A stretch of 63,992 bases of DNA, counting the filler, from Octopus bimaculoides (lineage: Eukaryota): assembly GCF_001194135.2 (NCBI RefSeq). It is 6 parts of 6 records of this genome, joined end to end, with 100 filler letters (N's around TTAATTAATTAA, not from the genome) between each part and the next. Parts side by side here need not be neighbours in the genome. Positions count along the whole stretch, not along the records: positions 62,731 to 63,992 come from NW_026327114.1; 5 more parts are not named here. The stretch is one strand, 5' to 3'. The notes under the pieces were generated by a model, which did no database searches, had not been told where the DNA came from, and saw only the letters and a program-made list of their open reading frames with translations. Below are positions 63,801-63,992 of the stretch, one piece after another; position 1 is the stretch's first letter; each line of letters opens with the position of its first letter. The translations under genes and the position numbers were made by a program.

Positions 63801-63992
63801 NNNNNNNNCACAAAAAAAAACAACCAACCAGAAAGCGCAAACAATTTTAAAAACTTTAGCAACAGTCATCCACCCAGGTTTCAAAACCGCAACTCCAAAT
63901 CTCCATACAATAACACCATACAAACACCAGTTGCTGACGTAACACAATCATAAAGGAACAAAGATAATTATATATTTACTCTGCACATATTC

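Overview
AT-rich, microsatellite-dense animal genomic scaffold with many N gaps. The tRNA-derived SINE families and overall repeat landscape look like a coleoid cephalopod (Octopus-like); this is an inference. Only one convincing host coding segment is present: a 2.7-kb 3'-terminal exon (59181-61878, +) encoding about 900 aa of Pro/Thr/Glu/Ala/Ser-rich, probably disordered protein. The preceding ~59 kb behaves like intron or intergenic DNA filled with decayed mobile elements. These are: at least eight Penelope-like retroelement (PLE) fragments of two sequence types, a Ty3/Gypsy gag-protease relic with a primer-binding site, an RTE-type LINE end, an R4/Dong-type LINE end sitting in a (TAA)n tract, mariner/Tc1 relics and a MITE, Helitron/Helentron-like elements, and three tRNA-SINE families. 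Most short ORFs in the supplied track are microsatellite or N-gap artefacts. Two kinds of signal absent from the ORF track stand out. (1) Four canonical-core minimal hammerhead-ribozyme motifs with palindromic stem III (41756, 44051, 46121, 51931), plus two variant ones (13867, 48531); two of the four sit in inverted arms bracketing one PLE. (2) A decayed ORF (47661-48433) combining a Myb/SANT-like N-terminus with a CCCH zinc finger, followed ~100 nt later by a permuted hammerhead-like fold and a dispersed repeat. All protein and RNA family calls come from manual motif recognition, not database searches.
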